Source of the DNA: Candidatus Poseidoniaceae archaeon
GTDB lineage: Archaea; Thermoplasmatota; Poseidoniia; Poseidoniales; Poseidoniaceae
DNA: 63,148 bases
Reading direction: 5' to 3'
Assembly (NCBI GenBank): GCA_964228815.1
Contig: CAXRAL010000015.1
Location: 1-63,148 of the forward strand
The notes under the pieces are model-generated. The model made no database searches. It worked only from the letters and a program-made list of their open reading frames with translations, and was not told the origin of the DNA. The translations under genes and the position numbers were made by a program. Of this stretch, positions 44,245-53,365 are shown piece after piece (position 1 is the stretch's first letter; each line of letters opens with the position of its first letter).

Positions 44245-45621
44245 TCAATACAGATAGAAGGCTGGGAAGATGACCACCCACGCCAAGTCAACAAAGTGCC
44301 AGTAGAGGCCGAAGTACTCGATACCCTGTGCGTTCTTTTCGTCGTAGCCGACGGTGTCAGCCTTGAAGATCAGGTACAGCATCACCAACAAACCAACGAA
44401 CACGTGAACACCGTGAGCACCGGTTGAGATGTAGAAGATGGACGCTGCTTGGCCCGTGTAATCGATCACGCCTTCAGCAGGTTGAACACCGATGGAGAAG
44501 CCTTCTGCCACCAGGTGGCTCCACTCAACGAGCTTGAGCACGATAAACATCGAACCGAGCAAGAAGGTGGCCAACAGGTAGTTGCGGACCGCCGACTTCT
44601 GGTCGGGCATCAACTTACCCATCAGGCCTTCGGGTGCCGTCCAATCCTTCTGCTTGGCCGTCTTGAGTGCCAGCACGATGGTGTAGGACGAGATGATGAG
44701 GGCGAAGGTGTTGATGGCACCGGGCAGAATGGTCATGAAGTCGCCTTGACCGCCCACGCCGTTGAGCATACCGCCGTTTGGTCGGAGGAAGTCAGAAGCG
44801 GTCAACACGTTGACCGATTCGCAGTTCCCGGCGGAGTACTGCCAGTCCGTACACCACTCGGTTCGCATGCGGAGGTAGGACGAGAAGAAGGTGGCGAAGA
44901 CCATCACTTCAGACATGATGAACACCCAAATTCCGGCCTTGCGGATGTGCTGACCTTCGAAGGGGTCCGAGGTGGCGATTTGCTCGTGGTTGCCGATGAA
45001 GGGCAGGTCCTCACGCCACCAGTTGGCGACACCTGCGGTTACGATGGTCAATCCGAGCATGCTGAGGCCCAGATCTCCCAGGTTGGCGTCCACGCCGGAG
45101 AGAAGGTTGCCGAGAACGGCTTGGAACGAGGGGAAGCCCATCAGGAACAGCATGATACCCAGCGAGAACACGATGGGTGAGCCTGAGCCGTGATGCTCGT
45201 GGTCGTCGCCGCCGTAGCCGTGGTCGTCATGACCGTGGTCATCCGGGTAAATCGAATTCATGAAGCCACCAAGACCGATGAACGCCATGTACGTGATGCA
45301 CATCAGCAAGATGGTGATCCCCGCCGTTCGCCACGTCAGGTAGGAGAGGTGAGCGTCCACTTCGTGGTGATGCGCCTCTTCTTTGGCAGCCTTCAGCGCC
45401 TTGATCTCGTTATCGCTGGCGTTGTTGGCCTTGGCATCCTCGTAAGCGTACTTGGCTTCCTCGTATTCTTCGATGGCTTCCTCGTATTCGTGATGCTTGA
45501 CGTTGGCCACGCCCACGCCCATGGTGGCGAAGGCGAGGATACCGATGGCGAGGAACACGCCGCCGTAGAGCACGGCGCGCATCCAGATGCTGTTCTTCAC
45601 GTCTGCTTCTCCACCGCTCAT
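44245..45621 (-). CDS. coxC: Cytochrome c oxidase subunit III with N-terminal extension of about 180 aa
   Basis: C-terminal core FFSSYLRMR...HGVHVFVGLLVM...YFGLYWHFVDLAWVVIFPAFYLY. The N-terminal extension has extra TM helices and a His/Asp-rich loop DDHGHDDHGYGGDDHEHHGSG. 4-nt overlap with coxA. Confidence 0.85.
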   Translation of the reverse strand: MSGGEADVKNSIWMRAVLYGGVFLAIGILAFATMGVGVANVKHHEYEEAIEEYEEAKYAYEDAKANNASDNEIKALKAAKEEAHHHEVDAHLSYLTWRTAGITILLMCITYMAFIGLGGFMNSIYPDDHGHDDHGYGGDDHEHHGSGSPIVFSLGIMLFLMGFPSFQAVLGNLLSGVDANLGDLGLSMLGLTIVTAGVANWWREDLPFIGNHEQIATSDPFEGQHIRKAGIWVFIMSEVMVFATFFSSYLRMRTEWCTDWQYSAGNCESVNVLTASDFLRPNGGMLNGVGGQGDFMTILPGAINTFALIISSYTIVLALKTAKQKDWTAPEGLMGKLMPDQKSAVRNYLLATFLLGSMFIVLKLVEWSHLVAEGFSIGVQPAEGVIDYTGQAASIFYISTGAHGVHVFVGLLVMLYLIFKADTVGYDEKNAQGIEYFGLYWHFVDLAWVVIFPAFYLY

Positions 45622-47921
45622 TCTTCCGCCCCCTTGGCTTCAGCAGACCACAATTTCTCCTTCAGCGACGGACCGTCGTGCTTGTGGTGGCCGAACTCTT
45701 CGTTCATGTCGTGCTGCGTTGGAATGTCGTGGAACGATGGGGTTGGCGGTGGTGAGGTGGTGGACCACTCGAGCGACCATCCACCCCAGGGGTCCTTGCC
45801 CACAGGTTCGCCACGGCGAGCCGAATAGAGGATGTTCCACACCAGCAGGAGCTGGCTGATTCCGAAGATGAAGGCGAAGGTGGACACCGCCATGTTGTAC
45901 TCGGCAAAGCCGGACTCAATGGTGTAGGTGTGGGTTCGCCGAGGCATCCCCATGATACCGAGGGCGTGCATGGGCCAGAAGGCTGCATTATAGGACGCAA
46001 AGCCGATGAGGAAGTGCCAGAGACCGAGGGTCTCGTTCAGCTTTCGACCGGTGGCCTTGGGGTACCAGTAGTAGACGGCAGAGAACAGCGCAAAGACGGT
46101 ACCGCCGATGAACACGTAGTGGAAGTGCGCCACCACGAAGTACGAGTCGTGGAAGTGGATGTCAAGACCGGCCACGGGGAAGAACATACCCGAAATACCA
46201 CCGAGGGTAAAGGTGACCAGGAAGCCCAGCGACCACAGAGTGTGGGTCTTCATGACGAGGGAACCGCCCCAGAGGGTGGCCAACCAGTTGAAGATCTTGG
46301 CACCGGTAGGGATGGCGACGAGCATGGTCATGATCATGAACAGAGCTCGCCAGAATGGATCCATACCCGAGGTCAGCATGTGGTGGCCCCAGACGATGAA
46401 GCCGACGATGCCGATACCGGCCATGGCGAACACCATCGACTTGTAGCCGAAGATGGAACGTCGAGCTGAGGTGGCAAGCACTTCGGAAACGATACCGAAA
46501 GCCGGGACGATGACCACGTACACTTCGGGGTGGCCGAAGAACCAGAACAGGTGCTGGAAGAGCAACGGGTCGCCGCCGGCCACGAAGAATTGCGTTCCAA
46601 TGGTGTGGTCGAACAGCAGGAAGGCCACGCCAATGATGAGGGCAGGCAGGGACATGAAGAGCATGAACACGCTGATGAAGACTGACCAGGTGAACAAGGG
46701 CATCTTCATCCAGGTGACACCGGGCGCACGCATGGTGAACACGGTGGTGATGAAGTTCACACCACCCAAGGTCGAGGATGCACCGAGCATGAGCATGCCC
46801 GAGATGAACGCCGTCGTACCGGGGTTGGAACCGTAATCAGCGAGCGTGGAACCCAAGTTGGCCTCGTTGAGCGAGGAGTAGGGCGGGTACATGACCCAGG
46901 TGATGTCAGCACCTTCGCCGGAAAAGACGCCGGTAAAGATGAGCGGTGCGGAGAAGACGAGCAGCCACAGGCCCATGGCGTTGATGCGGGGGAAGGCCAA
47001 GTCCTTGGCGCCGATCTGAAGCGGGAGGACGTAGTTCATGAAGCCAGCAATCATGGGCATGGCGGCGAGGAAAATCATCGTCGTGCCGTGGAGCGTGAAG
47101 AAAGAGTTGTACTCGTCGTAGGTCAGGAAGTCGTTCTCCGGCAGGGCCAGCTGAATGCGGAACAGCAGAGCCAACAATCCACCAACGAGGAAGAAGAAGA
47201 ACCCGAACAGGAAGTACATGATACCGACTTCTTTGTGGTCGGTCGTGGTCAACCAGGGCTTGAGGAAGCTCCAGAACTTCTCCATGGTGAAGGTCTCGGG
47301 CGAGCGTCGGTAGAACACCCAGAGGATACCGGTGAAGATGAGTCCGGCGGCTAAACCGATGGTGGTGACAAAGATAACCAGGGCGCTGGCGCTTGGTGCA
47401 AGGGCACCGGCGTTGATGCCAGCGATGGAAAGTTCCACGTCGTTCCAGTGGTCGCCACCAGCACCGTTGCCGCCGTTCACGGCGTTGCCGTAAATTTTCA
47501 TGTCGACGTTGAGGTCGTCGGCTGCAGGGGCAGTCCACTCAAAGGTCCACGAGCGAACGGTGTTGGCCTCGTCGGTGTGCGTCAGACCGCCATCCATCAT
47601 TTGGCTGAGGGAAGCGGGAACGGCCACGATGTCGCCGTGGGAAACGAGGATGCGGTAGCCACCAGCACGACCGTTCCAGTCAACCTCGTTGATTTCCATG
47701 ACGTCGTTCTGAACGGTAACGGTGGACGTGTAGGTCTCGCTGGCGTTGTAGGTCTCAGGCAGGCCGTCGACGATGACGGTCGTGTCCGGCGATGCACCGC
47801 CGTGGCAGGTACAGCCTTGGTCGCCTGCGGCGCCGATACCGCCTGGGGCAGCCGTGAATTGCGGTGCAGCCATCAAGGCGACGAGCAAGACGCCGAGCAG
47901 GAGCGTGGCGCGTCCGCGCAT
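45618..47921 (-). CDS. coxA: Cytochrome c oxidase subunit I (A-type) with N-terminal extracytoplasmic domain and an extra TM helix
   Basis: TTDHKEVGIMYFLFGFFFF, HLFWFFGHPEVYVVIVPAFG, VWGHHMLTSGM and HFHDSYFVVAHFHYVFIGG. Residues 1 to about 205 form a signal peptide, a beta-rich domain with GCTCHGG, and a TM helix. Confidence 0.92.
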   Translation of the reverse strand: MRGRATLLLGVLLVALMAAPQFTAAPGGIGAAGDQGCTCHGGASPDTTVIVDGLPETYNASETYTSTVTVQNDVMEINEVDWNGRAGGYRILVSHGDIVAVPASLSQMMDGGLTHTDEANTVRSWTFEWTAPAADDLNVDMKIYGNAVNGGNGAGGDHWNDVELSIAGINAGALAPSASALVIFVTTIGLAAGLIFTGILWVFYRRSPETFTMEKFWSFLKPWLTTTDHKEVGIMYFLFGFFFFLVGGLLALLFRIQLALPENDFLTYDEYNSFFTLHGTTMIFLAAMPMIAGFMNYVLPLQIGAKDLAFPRINAMGLWLLVFSAPLIFTGVFSGEGADITWVMYPPYSSLNEANLGSTLADYGSNPGTTAFISGMLMLGASSTLGGVNFITTVFTMRAPGVTWMKMPLFTWSVFISVFMLFMSLPALIIGVAFLLFDHTIGTQFFVAGGDPLLFQHLFWFFGHPEVYVVIVPAFGIVSEVLATSARRSIFGYKSMVFAMAGIGIVGFIVWGHHMLTSGMDPFWRALFMIMTMLVAIPTGAKIFNWLATLWGGSLVMKTHTLWSLGFLVTFTLGGISGMFFPVAGLDIHFHDSYFVVAHFHYVFIGGTVFALFSAVYYWYPKATGRKLNETLGLWHFLIGFASYNAAFWPMHALGIMGMPRRTHTYTIESGFAEYNMAVSTFAFIFGISQLLLVWNILYSARRGEPVGKDPWGGWSLEWSTTSPPPTPSFHDIPTQHDMNEEFGHHKHDGPSLKEKLWSAEAKGAEE

Positions 47922-48904
47922 CAGTACGCACCTCCAGCAGGCGGTGATTCACCGCTCTTTTTGACACCCGTATCAACGGCACAGTCTGCGCCTTCAGCAG
48001 CGACAATCTTCACTTGACCGATCATCATGGAGTGTTGGTTGCCACAGTATTCTGCACAACGGATGGGGAAGGTACCGGGGTCGTCGGCGGTGATGGTCAT
48101 GTAGGTGCCACCTTCGATGCCAGGGACCAAGTCTTCCTTCACACCCCATTCAGGGAGCCAGAACGAGTGCTGGACGCCGATGTAGTTGGGGTTGGAGTCG
48201 TCGGAAGGGGCGGAGTGCATCTCGAACACGACGGCTTCATCGCACGGCAGGATCATGTCTTCACCAAGGGCGGAGGAAAACACATGCTGCCGTGGAATGT
48301 GCATCCACGTGTGGAGCACGTTGCCTTCGGCGTCGGTCACTTCAACGATGGAATGCTTGTACGGGTCGAAGGTCACTTCGGCAAGGGCCTCACCAGTGAC
48401 TGTGTCAAGGGAGACACCCGGAAGTGCGTCTGCGCCTTTTTGGATGGAAACGTTGACTGCCGCGGCGTTGGTGCTTGACACGGTCAGAGCCGTACCGCTC
48501 CAATCAACGTCGATGTACGTGATGGCGGGGTCGTCTTCCCAGGTCAAGGCGTCCTTGTACTCGTACTCCCAGAACCACTGCTTACCGGTGATTTTCATGT
48601 CGTGTGCGTCATCTTCACCGGGAATAACCCAAACGGCCGTGTTGGAAGAGAGGGCGAGGACGATGAGCCACGCCACGATCACGGTGGGCAGGACATAGAA
48701 GAACACCTCGAGTTTGGTGTTGTGCCGGTCGACCGGGAACGAGCCGACTTCGATGTGGTCAATGTGGGTGGTATCGGGCTCAACGCCGTCTCGGTAGCGA
48801 AGCATGGCCAAAAACAACCAGCCGAACGTGAAGATACCGACCAGAATGGACCAAAACATGAACTTATCATAGAGAACAGCGAATACCGTATCTTCTGCTA
48901 CCAT
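47921..48904 (-). CDS. coxB: Cytochrome c oxidase subunit II (CuA) with enlarged periplasmic domain
   Basis: Two N-terminal TM helices, GKQWFWEYEY, VQHSFWLPEWGVKEDLVPG, and CuA ligands CAEYCGNQHSMM. Its stop overlaps the coxA start by 1 nt (TGATG). Confidence 0.9.
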   Translation of the reverse strand: MVAEDTVFAVLYDKFMFWSILVGIFTFGWLFLAMLRYRDGVEPDTTHIDHIEVGSFPVDRHNTKLEVFFYVLPTVIVAWLIVLALSSNTAVWVIPGEDDAHDMKITGKQWFWEYEYKDALTWEDDPAITYIDVDWSGTALTVSSTNAAAVNVSIQKGADALPGVSLDTVTGEALAEVTFDPYKHSIVEVTDAEGNVLHTWMHIPRQHVFSSALGEDMILPCDEAVVFEMHSAPSDDSNPNYIGVQHSFWLPEWGVKEDLVPGIEGGTYMTITADDPGTFPIRCAEYCGNQHSMMIGQVKIVAAEGADCAVDTGVKKSGESPPAGGAY

Positions 48905-49118
48905 GCAACCACCCTGTTTGACCGGCCGTGTAGCCCCCCCTTAAGCGTTGCTTGATGGGGGTTAGAACGCTCTTGAGTTTCAACCACCACATGGGGCCAC
49001 GGTGTGCGTTTTTTTCGCGATTTTTTCGTGTCGAAATTGAACGCTTTTTGCACCCAACCCAGCCTCGTTGAAACCATCCGGGCGATGCTACTTGAACCCC
49101 CCGCGGCGAGTGTTCATT

Positions 49119-49442
49119 ATGGCCGTTCGTTCTTCTCTTTCCGAGACGTTGGACGGTGCGGTCCTCCTGGACATCGAAGTTCAACCCGGCGCAAGGGTTC
49201 AGGGCATCACGGGATTCAATCCTTGGCGCTCCCGCGTGTCCGTCGCCGTCAAGGCCGTCGCCAAAGCGGGCCAGGCCAACCGGGCTGTGATTCATGTCCT
49301 GGCGACCCAACTCCGGTTGGATCCAACCACCCTTTCCATCACCGCCGGCCAACGCTCAAGGTTGAAATCGGTCCGTATTGAGGGCCTTTCAGTTGACCAA
49401 CTCGCCACTCGGCTGGAACCTTTTGGAGATGACCAACCATGA
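49119..49442 (+). CDS. DUF167 (YggU/UPF0235) family protein
   Basis: LLDIEVQPGARVQGITGFNPWRSRVSVAVKAVAKAGQANRAVIHVLATQL...LSITAGQRSRLKSVRIEG. Start trimmed to ATG 49119. Confidence 0.75.
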   Translation: MAVRSSLSETLDGAVLLDIEVQPGARVQGITGFNPWRSRVSVAVKAVAKAGQANRAVIHVLATQLRLDPTTLSITAGQRSRLKSVRIEGLSVDQLATRLEPFGDDQP

Positions 49443-49933
49443 CAGCGGACTCCTTCCATGGATTGGGTCGAGGGTCGTCCAACGCTGAGGAGCGTTGGCA
49501 CCAAGCGGCCCAAGCGTTGGCCCATGCTCGACAGCGTAACCGTGCTGCAGGCGCTGTGATGCTGGTCGAGGGGCGACGAGACCGACTGGCGTTAGAACAG
49601 CTGGGGTTCTGTGGCGCCGTTGAGGTGTTGAACCGGGGTTGGCCGGTTGATGATGTGTTGGTGCATTTGGTTGAGACGTACGGCCGCCGTAGCGAAGAGG
49701 ACGGCGGTCCAAGCATCATCGTGTTCATGGATTGGGACCGCACGGGTGGGCGCCTCCAAGCCAACATTCGACGAAACCTCGAGTCGCTCGATGTTCGGTT
49801 TGATGAACGGCTTCGCTCGACGCTGATGCGCTGCCTGAAGCCTGAGACGCGGGTCGTGGAGGGTTTGTCTGGCCTCGCGGAGGTGCTCGGTCCGCTGGTG
49901 GACATGTACGACGAGGAACTCAATCTTCCTTGA
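49439..49933 (+). CDS. Small Toprim-domain protein (RNase M5 / primase-like)
   Basis: Toprim Glu in AVMLVEGRRDRLALEQLG and the DxD in IIVFMDWDRTGGRL. 4-nt overlap (ATGA) with the DUF167 gene. Confidence 0.65.
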   Translation: MTADSFHGLGRGSSNAEERWHQAAQALAHARQRNRAAGAVMLVEGRRDRLALEQLGFCGAVEVLNRGWPVDDVLVHLVETYGRRSEEDGGPSIIVFMDWDRTGGRLQANIRRNLESLDVRFDERLRSTLMRCLKPETRVVEGLSGLAEVLGPLVDMYDEELNLP

Positions 49934-50378
49934 CCAATGAAGGAAAGGCCTCTTCCTTCACCGTGTTGAGCACGACGTGTGTGTACGAGCGTGAAACGCC
50001 GTCCAGCGTGAACACGGTCTTGGTCAGGTTGTCGAGGTCGGCTCGATTTTTGACGCGTGCGAGGACGATGGAATCCCAATCACCTGTAACATCGTACACG
50101 GCGAACACGCGAGGGTCGGCAGAAATTTTCTGCTGCACGTCAATCATGCGTCCTTTCTGAATTCGCAAGCCCGCCATGATGGTCATTGACCATCCGAGTC
50201 GAGTTGGGTTGAGGGCAACTCGATACCCTTCGATCACCCCTTCATCTTCAAGACGACGAATACGATTGGTCACAGTTCCTTGGGCCAAGCCAAGGGTTCG
50301 AGCGAGCGACCGGTGGCTGACACGAGCGTCTTCGCTGAGCAGCATCAACAGTGCACGGTCGGTGGCGTCCAAGTCCAT
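49920..50378 (-). CDS. Lrp/AsnC family transcriptional regulator
   Basis: HTH in DRALLMLLSEDARVSHRSLARTLGLAQGTVTNRIRRLEDEGVIEGY, followed by a RAM domain. Confidence 0.9.
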   Translation of the reverse strand: MDLDATDRALLMLLSEDARVSHRSLARTLGLAQGTVTNRIRRLEDEGVIEGYRVALNPTRLGWSMTIMAGLRIQKGRMIDVQQKISADPRVFAVYDVTGDWDSIVLARVKNRADLDNLTKTVFTLDGVSRSYTHVVLNTVKEEAFPSLVKED

Positions 50379-50412
50379 GGTTTACCTGAGGGCCATGCAG
50401 GCCTTCAACCCT

Positions 50413-51555
50413 TCACTGCGAGGTGTTGGTTCCCTCAGAGGGGGGCGCACTCAACCAGAGGTGTTGCTTCCAGGCCCCAAAGTCCTCAATCTCAATGGCG
50501 ACGTCGATATGGACGTCGTGGTTCATCGCCTCGCGGAACATCACCGTGGTGTCCATTTGAGCCCCGGCCTTGAGTTCCAACCTCGAGGGACGACCTTTGA
50601 ACTGCCAAGGTTCGCTGACCGTCCAAGCAGTGATTCTGAACGGGTGGGTACCTGCATGAATGCGAACCTGAACCTGAAGGGGTCCCTCCGTTGACCAGTT
50701 TGCTTGAAGGTGCGGAATGGCTTGTTCCCGCTGCCGGAGAGCGCCAATGATGGAGACGGCAATGACCGCTGCAACGGCGGTGAGCAACAACGGCGTCCAA
50801 GTTTGGGTTGCGCTAACGTCCTGCTGGGTTGAGGGGAGCATGCCGTGAGCCATCCAAAGCAAACGGCTTTCGTTGTCTTCGTCCGCACCAGCTCCAAACA
50901 CCGCCACGGTGTAGGACCAGCCGGTCGGGACCTCCATCAGGTCTACCCCGGCCGCCTCGAGGTGGTCGGCAGGGAGCATGGAAACGAAGGAAGTGGCGTT
51001 GTTGGCTTTCACAGAAAACCCAACCTCCGGACGAAGTTCACGAACGAGGTGATTCACCTGCCGCAGGTGTTGGTCGGCCGCCCGGTCTTCGGTCAGGACA
51101 ACGTACAGAATGGTGTGATTGCTAAGGTTCAACAGCGGCGTGACCTCAAGGTCAAACGCCACCATTCTCGCACCGTCTTCCGCAGAAACCACCTTGACCT
51201 CACCCGTGACCTCAAGCATGGATGTCGTGGGAAGCGCATGCATCTCCACCGTTGAACCGGTCTGGTTTGCCTCCACGGAGATGTTGCGACTTGAGGCCCG
51301 GTAGAGCGCATCATCGTCCGGCCAGTTGGAGCCGGTTTCATCGCTCCACGACCACCACGTCCATCGAACCATATCCTCGTTGGCTTCGGGAAGGTTGTCG
51401 AGGGAAGATGCCACGTAGACTTCTTCCAACCCATCTGCCGTGCTGGGTTGCAGCTCGTCAGTGGCGTGGATGGCCCAAGGTTGTTCTGCTGCGAACGCAC
51501 CCGGGAGCACCAAGAGCGTCAGCACCAAACAGAGCAGGGGCCGATGCACGTTCAT
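50413..51555 (-). CDS. Hypothetical secreted / membrane-anchored protein
   Basis: Signal peptide LLCLVLTLLVLPGAFAAEQP, a beta-rich ectodomain of about 250 aa, TM helix LLLTAVAAVIAVSIIGAL, and a C-terminal domain of about 100 aa. Its start overlaps the upstream methyltransferase stop by 4 nt. Confidence 0.55.
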   Translation of the reverse strand: MNVHRPLLCLVLTLLVLPGAFAAEQPWAIHATDELQPSTADGLEEVYVASSLDNLPEANEDMVRWTWWSWSDETGSNWPDDDALYRASSRNISVEANQTGSTVEMHALPTTSMLEVTGEVKVVSAEDGARMVAFDLEVTPLLNLSNHTILYVVLTEDRAADQHLRQVNHLVRELRPEVGFSVKANNATSFVSMLPADHLEAAGVDLMEVPTGWSYTVAVFGAGADEDNESRLLWMAHGMLPSTQQDVSATQTWTPLLLTAVAAVIAVSIIGALRQREQAIPHLQANWSTEGPLQVQVRIHAGTHPFRITAWTVSEPWQFKGRPSRLELKAGAQMDTTVMFREAMNHDVHIDVAIEIEDFGAWKQHLWLSAPPSEGTNTSQ

Positions 51556-53309
51556 TCCTCCTCGTCCCGCCAGGGGAGGTCAAGTTTGTAGCGCAGGATG
51601 TTTTGTTCATTCACGTCGATCATCAGCGTGATTCGAGCCCCGACCCAAACCGAGATGGTTTCCATGCCCCAGGGCAGTGAGCTTCGTAGCAGGAAGGCGC
51701 CTGCAGGAAGGTTGTCGAGGTGGGTTTCATCGGTGAACTCCTCGAGCAGTGGCGCCCAACCGCGAAGAAGTCGAACGAACACCTCAGGGGTCACAGTGGC
51801 GACGTTGCTTTCGAATTGGTTTCCGTAGACGTACAGCGCTTCCTGGCGGGAGCGCCACGAGTTTTTCTTGAGGGTGAAGGCCGGGAGGCCGGCGTGAACC
51901 ACCCGCACGGGGTGGAAGGAATCGCCACCCCATACATCCCCCTTGTTGGTGGGTGAAGGTGGTTTAAACAACCGCTCGTAGACCATCGGTGGTGCGACGT
52001 TGAGTCGTTTGCCGCGCTGCCAAAGCGACGAGGCACTCAGGTCAATACCGTACATGGATTCCACGAGATGAACGACCTCAGTATCCGCCCTGACAACGGA
52101 ATTTGAGGTTGGCTTCGGGGGGGCCTTGACGGTGGGCGTCCAATCGCTGTCGTGGCGTGTCGCTCGGCGCGAACGGTAGGCGTTGGCAACGGTTTCCTCC
52201 CCTTTAGGTGTGTACCGGAACTGCGCGACGAAGAAGCCGCCCGTGTTGTTGTCATCGTGCCACAAGCGCAGGCAGTGGGGAAGTTGCGATTCCACCGCCG
52301 CCTCCTGCTCCTCATCGCCGACGCCAAAGGCGAGTCGGTCGCTGGGAGCCAGGTGTTCGGGCTGGAAGAACGGCAGGTCCTTCGTCTCGGGGAGCGGCAC
52401 AGCCTCGCCCTCCTCGTCGAGCACGGGCCAAGCGGTCAAACCGGGATGGAGTTCAATTCCATCGAGGGTCATCGGGACGAGTTCGAGGTAGGGGCATCGG
52501 CGCAGGACTTCAGCGACCACCGCTTCGTTCTCCACCGGGTCCATGCTGCACGTCGAATAGACGAGGTGGCCGCCCGGCACCAACAGCGAAGCGCCGCGTA
52601 CCGTGATATCCACCTGCATCTTGAACATCTTCCGGCTTTCCTTGGGCGTCCAATCCCACCACACGTCCCGGTTCTTTCGTGTGGTGGCCGTCCCCGTGCA
52701 GGGCACATCGGCGATGATGGCATCAAACCCGGGAGGGGGCAGCCGTCCGAAGTGTCGACCGTCATGCTGCGTGACCACGATGTTGGCCAGCCCCAAACGG
52801 CTGCGATTGCTCACCAACATGTTGAGGCGGCCAGAGACAGGTTCGTTGGCCACGACCACGCCTTCAGGGTGCAAGCGTTCGCCGAGTTGGGTGGTTTTCG
52901 AGCCGGGCGCAGCGCACATGTCGAGGGCAAGTGCATCGCTGTTGGCCGTGAGCAGTCGTACAGGGAGCATGCTGGCGGCTTCCTGACGCGTGATTCGGCC
53001 GGTTTCATGCAGCAGGGCCATCATTCGCTGTGCTCGGCCTTCAGGCGCTCGCCCTCGAGCAAAGGGCATGACGAAGGCCGTTTCATCCCCCATCCAAGAG
53101 AGTTCAACCGCCCCGAGGGATTTGACTTGCTCAACGGTCCACGCTCGGTCGCTTCGATGAAGGGAAATTCGGAACGTTTCCGGCAGCGGTTCAAGCGCTG
53201 TGTTCAACCAACTTGATTCGTCCCGGCCCAGGTGGCGCGCAAGGGCCGTGAGGGAGGAGCGTTGGGCGTAGGCCCTTCGCTCTTCAGCAGCGTCCGTTGG
53301 TCCTCGCAC
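51552..53309 (-). CDS. NOL1/NOP2/Sun-family RNA cytosine-C5 methyltransferase (RsmB/RsmF-like)
   Basis: LDMCAAPGSKTTQL (SAM motif I), DAIIADVPCTGTATTRKN (motif IV Pro-Cys) and LVYSTCSMDPVENE (motif VI Thr-Cys). C-terminal extension of about 230 aa. Confidence 0.88.
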   Translation of the reverse strand: MRGPTDAAEERRAYAQRSSLTALARHLGRDESSWLNTALEPLPETFRISLHRSDRAWTVEQVKSLGAVELSWMGDETAFVMPFARGRAPEGRAQRMMALLHETGRITRQEAASMLPVRLLTANSDALALDMCAAPGSKTTQLGERLHPEGVVVANEPVSGRLNMLVSNRSRLGLANIVVTQHDGRHFGRLPPPGFDAIIADVPCTGTATTRKNRDVWWDWTPKESRKMFKMQVDITVRGASLLVPGGHLVYSTCSMDPVENEAVVAEVLRRCPYLELVPMTLDGIELHPGLTAWPVLDEEGEAVPLPETKDLPFFQPEHLAPSDRLAFGVGDEEQEAAVESQLPHCLRLWHDDNNTGGFFVAQFRYTPKGEETVANAYRSRRATRHDSDWTPTVKAPPKPTSNSVVRADTEVVHLVESMYGIDLSASSLWQRGKRLNVAPPMVYERLFKPPSPTNKGDVWGGDSFHPVRVVHAGLPAFTLKKNSWRSRQEALYVYGNQFESNVATVTPEVFVRLLRGWAPLLEEFTDETHLDNLPAGAFLLRSSLPWGMETISVWVGARITLMIDVNEQNILRYKLDLPWRDEEE

Positions 53310-53365
53310 AGGTTGGGCTCGGCCGACCCCGCTTTTGGTCTTCCGCCATGATGAAAAGGTGAGCC

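Noticed and set aside
48944-49045. AGCGTT / AACGCT inverted repeat (48944-48949 and 48966-48971) plus a third AACGCT (49040-49045), and T-tracts, in the 214-bp cox/DUF167 divergent intergenic region
   Set aside because: Only a 6-nt core is shared and the flanks do not extend the symmetry, so chance occurrence is likely. It may still be a regulator site, but the sequence alone does not support a call.
52152-53216. 354-aa ORF on the + strand
   Set aside because: It is antisense to the NOL1/NOP2/Sun methyltransferase gene, which has all its catalytic motifs.
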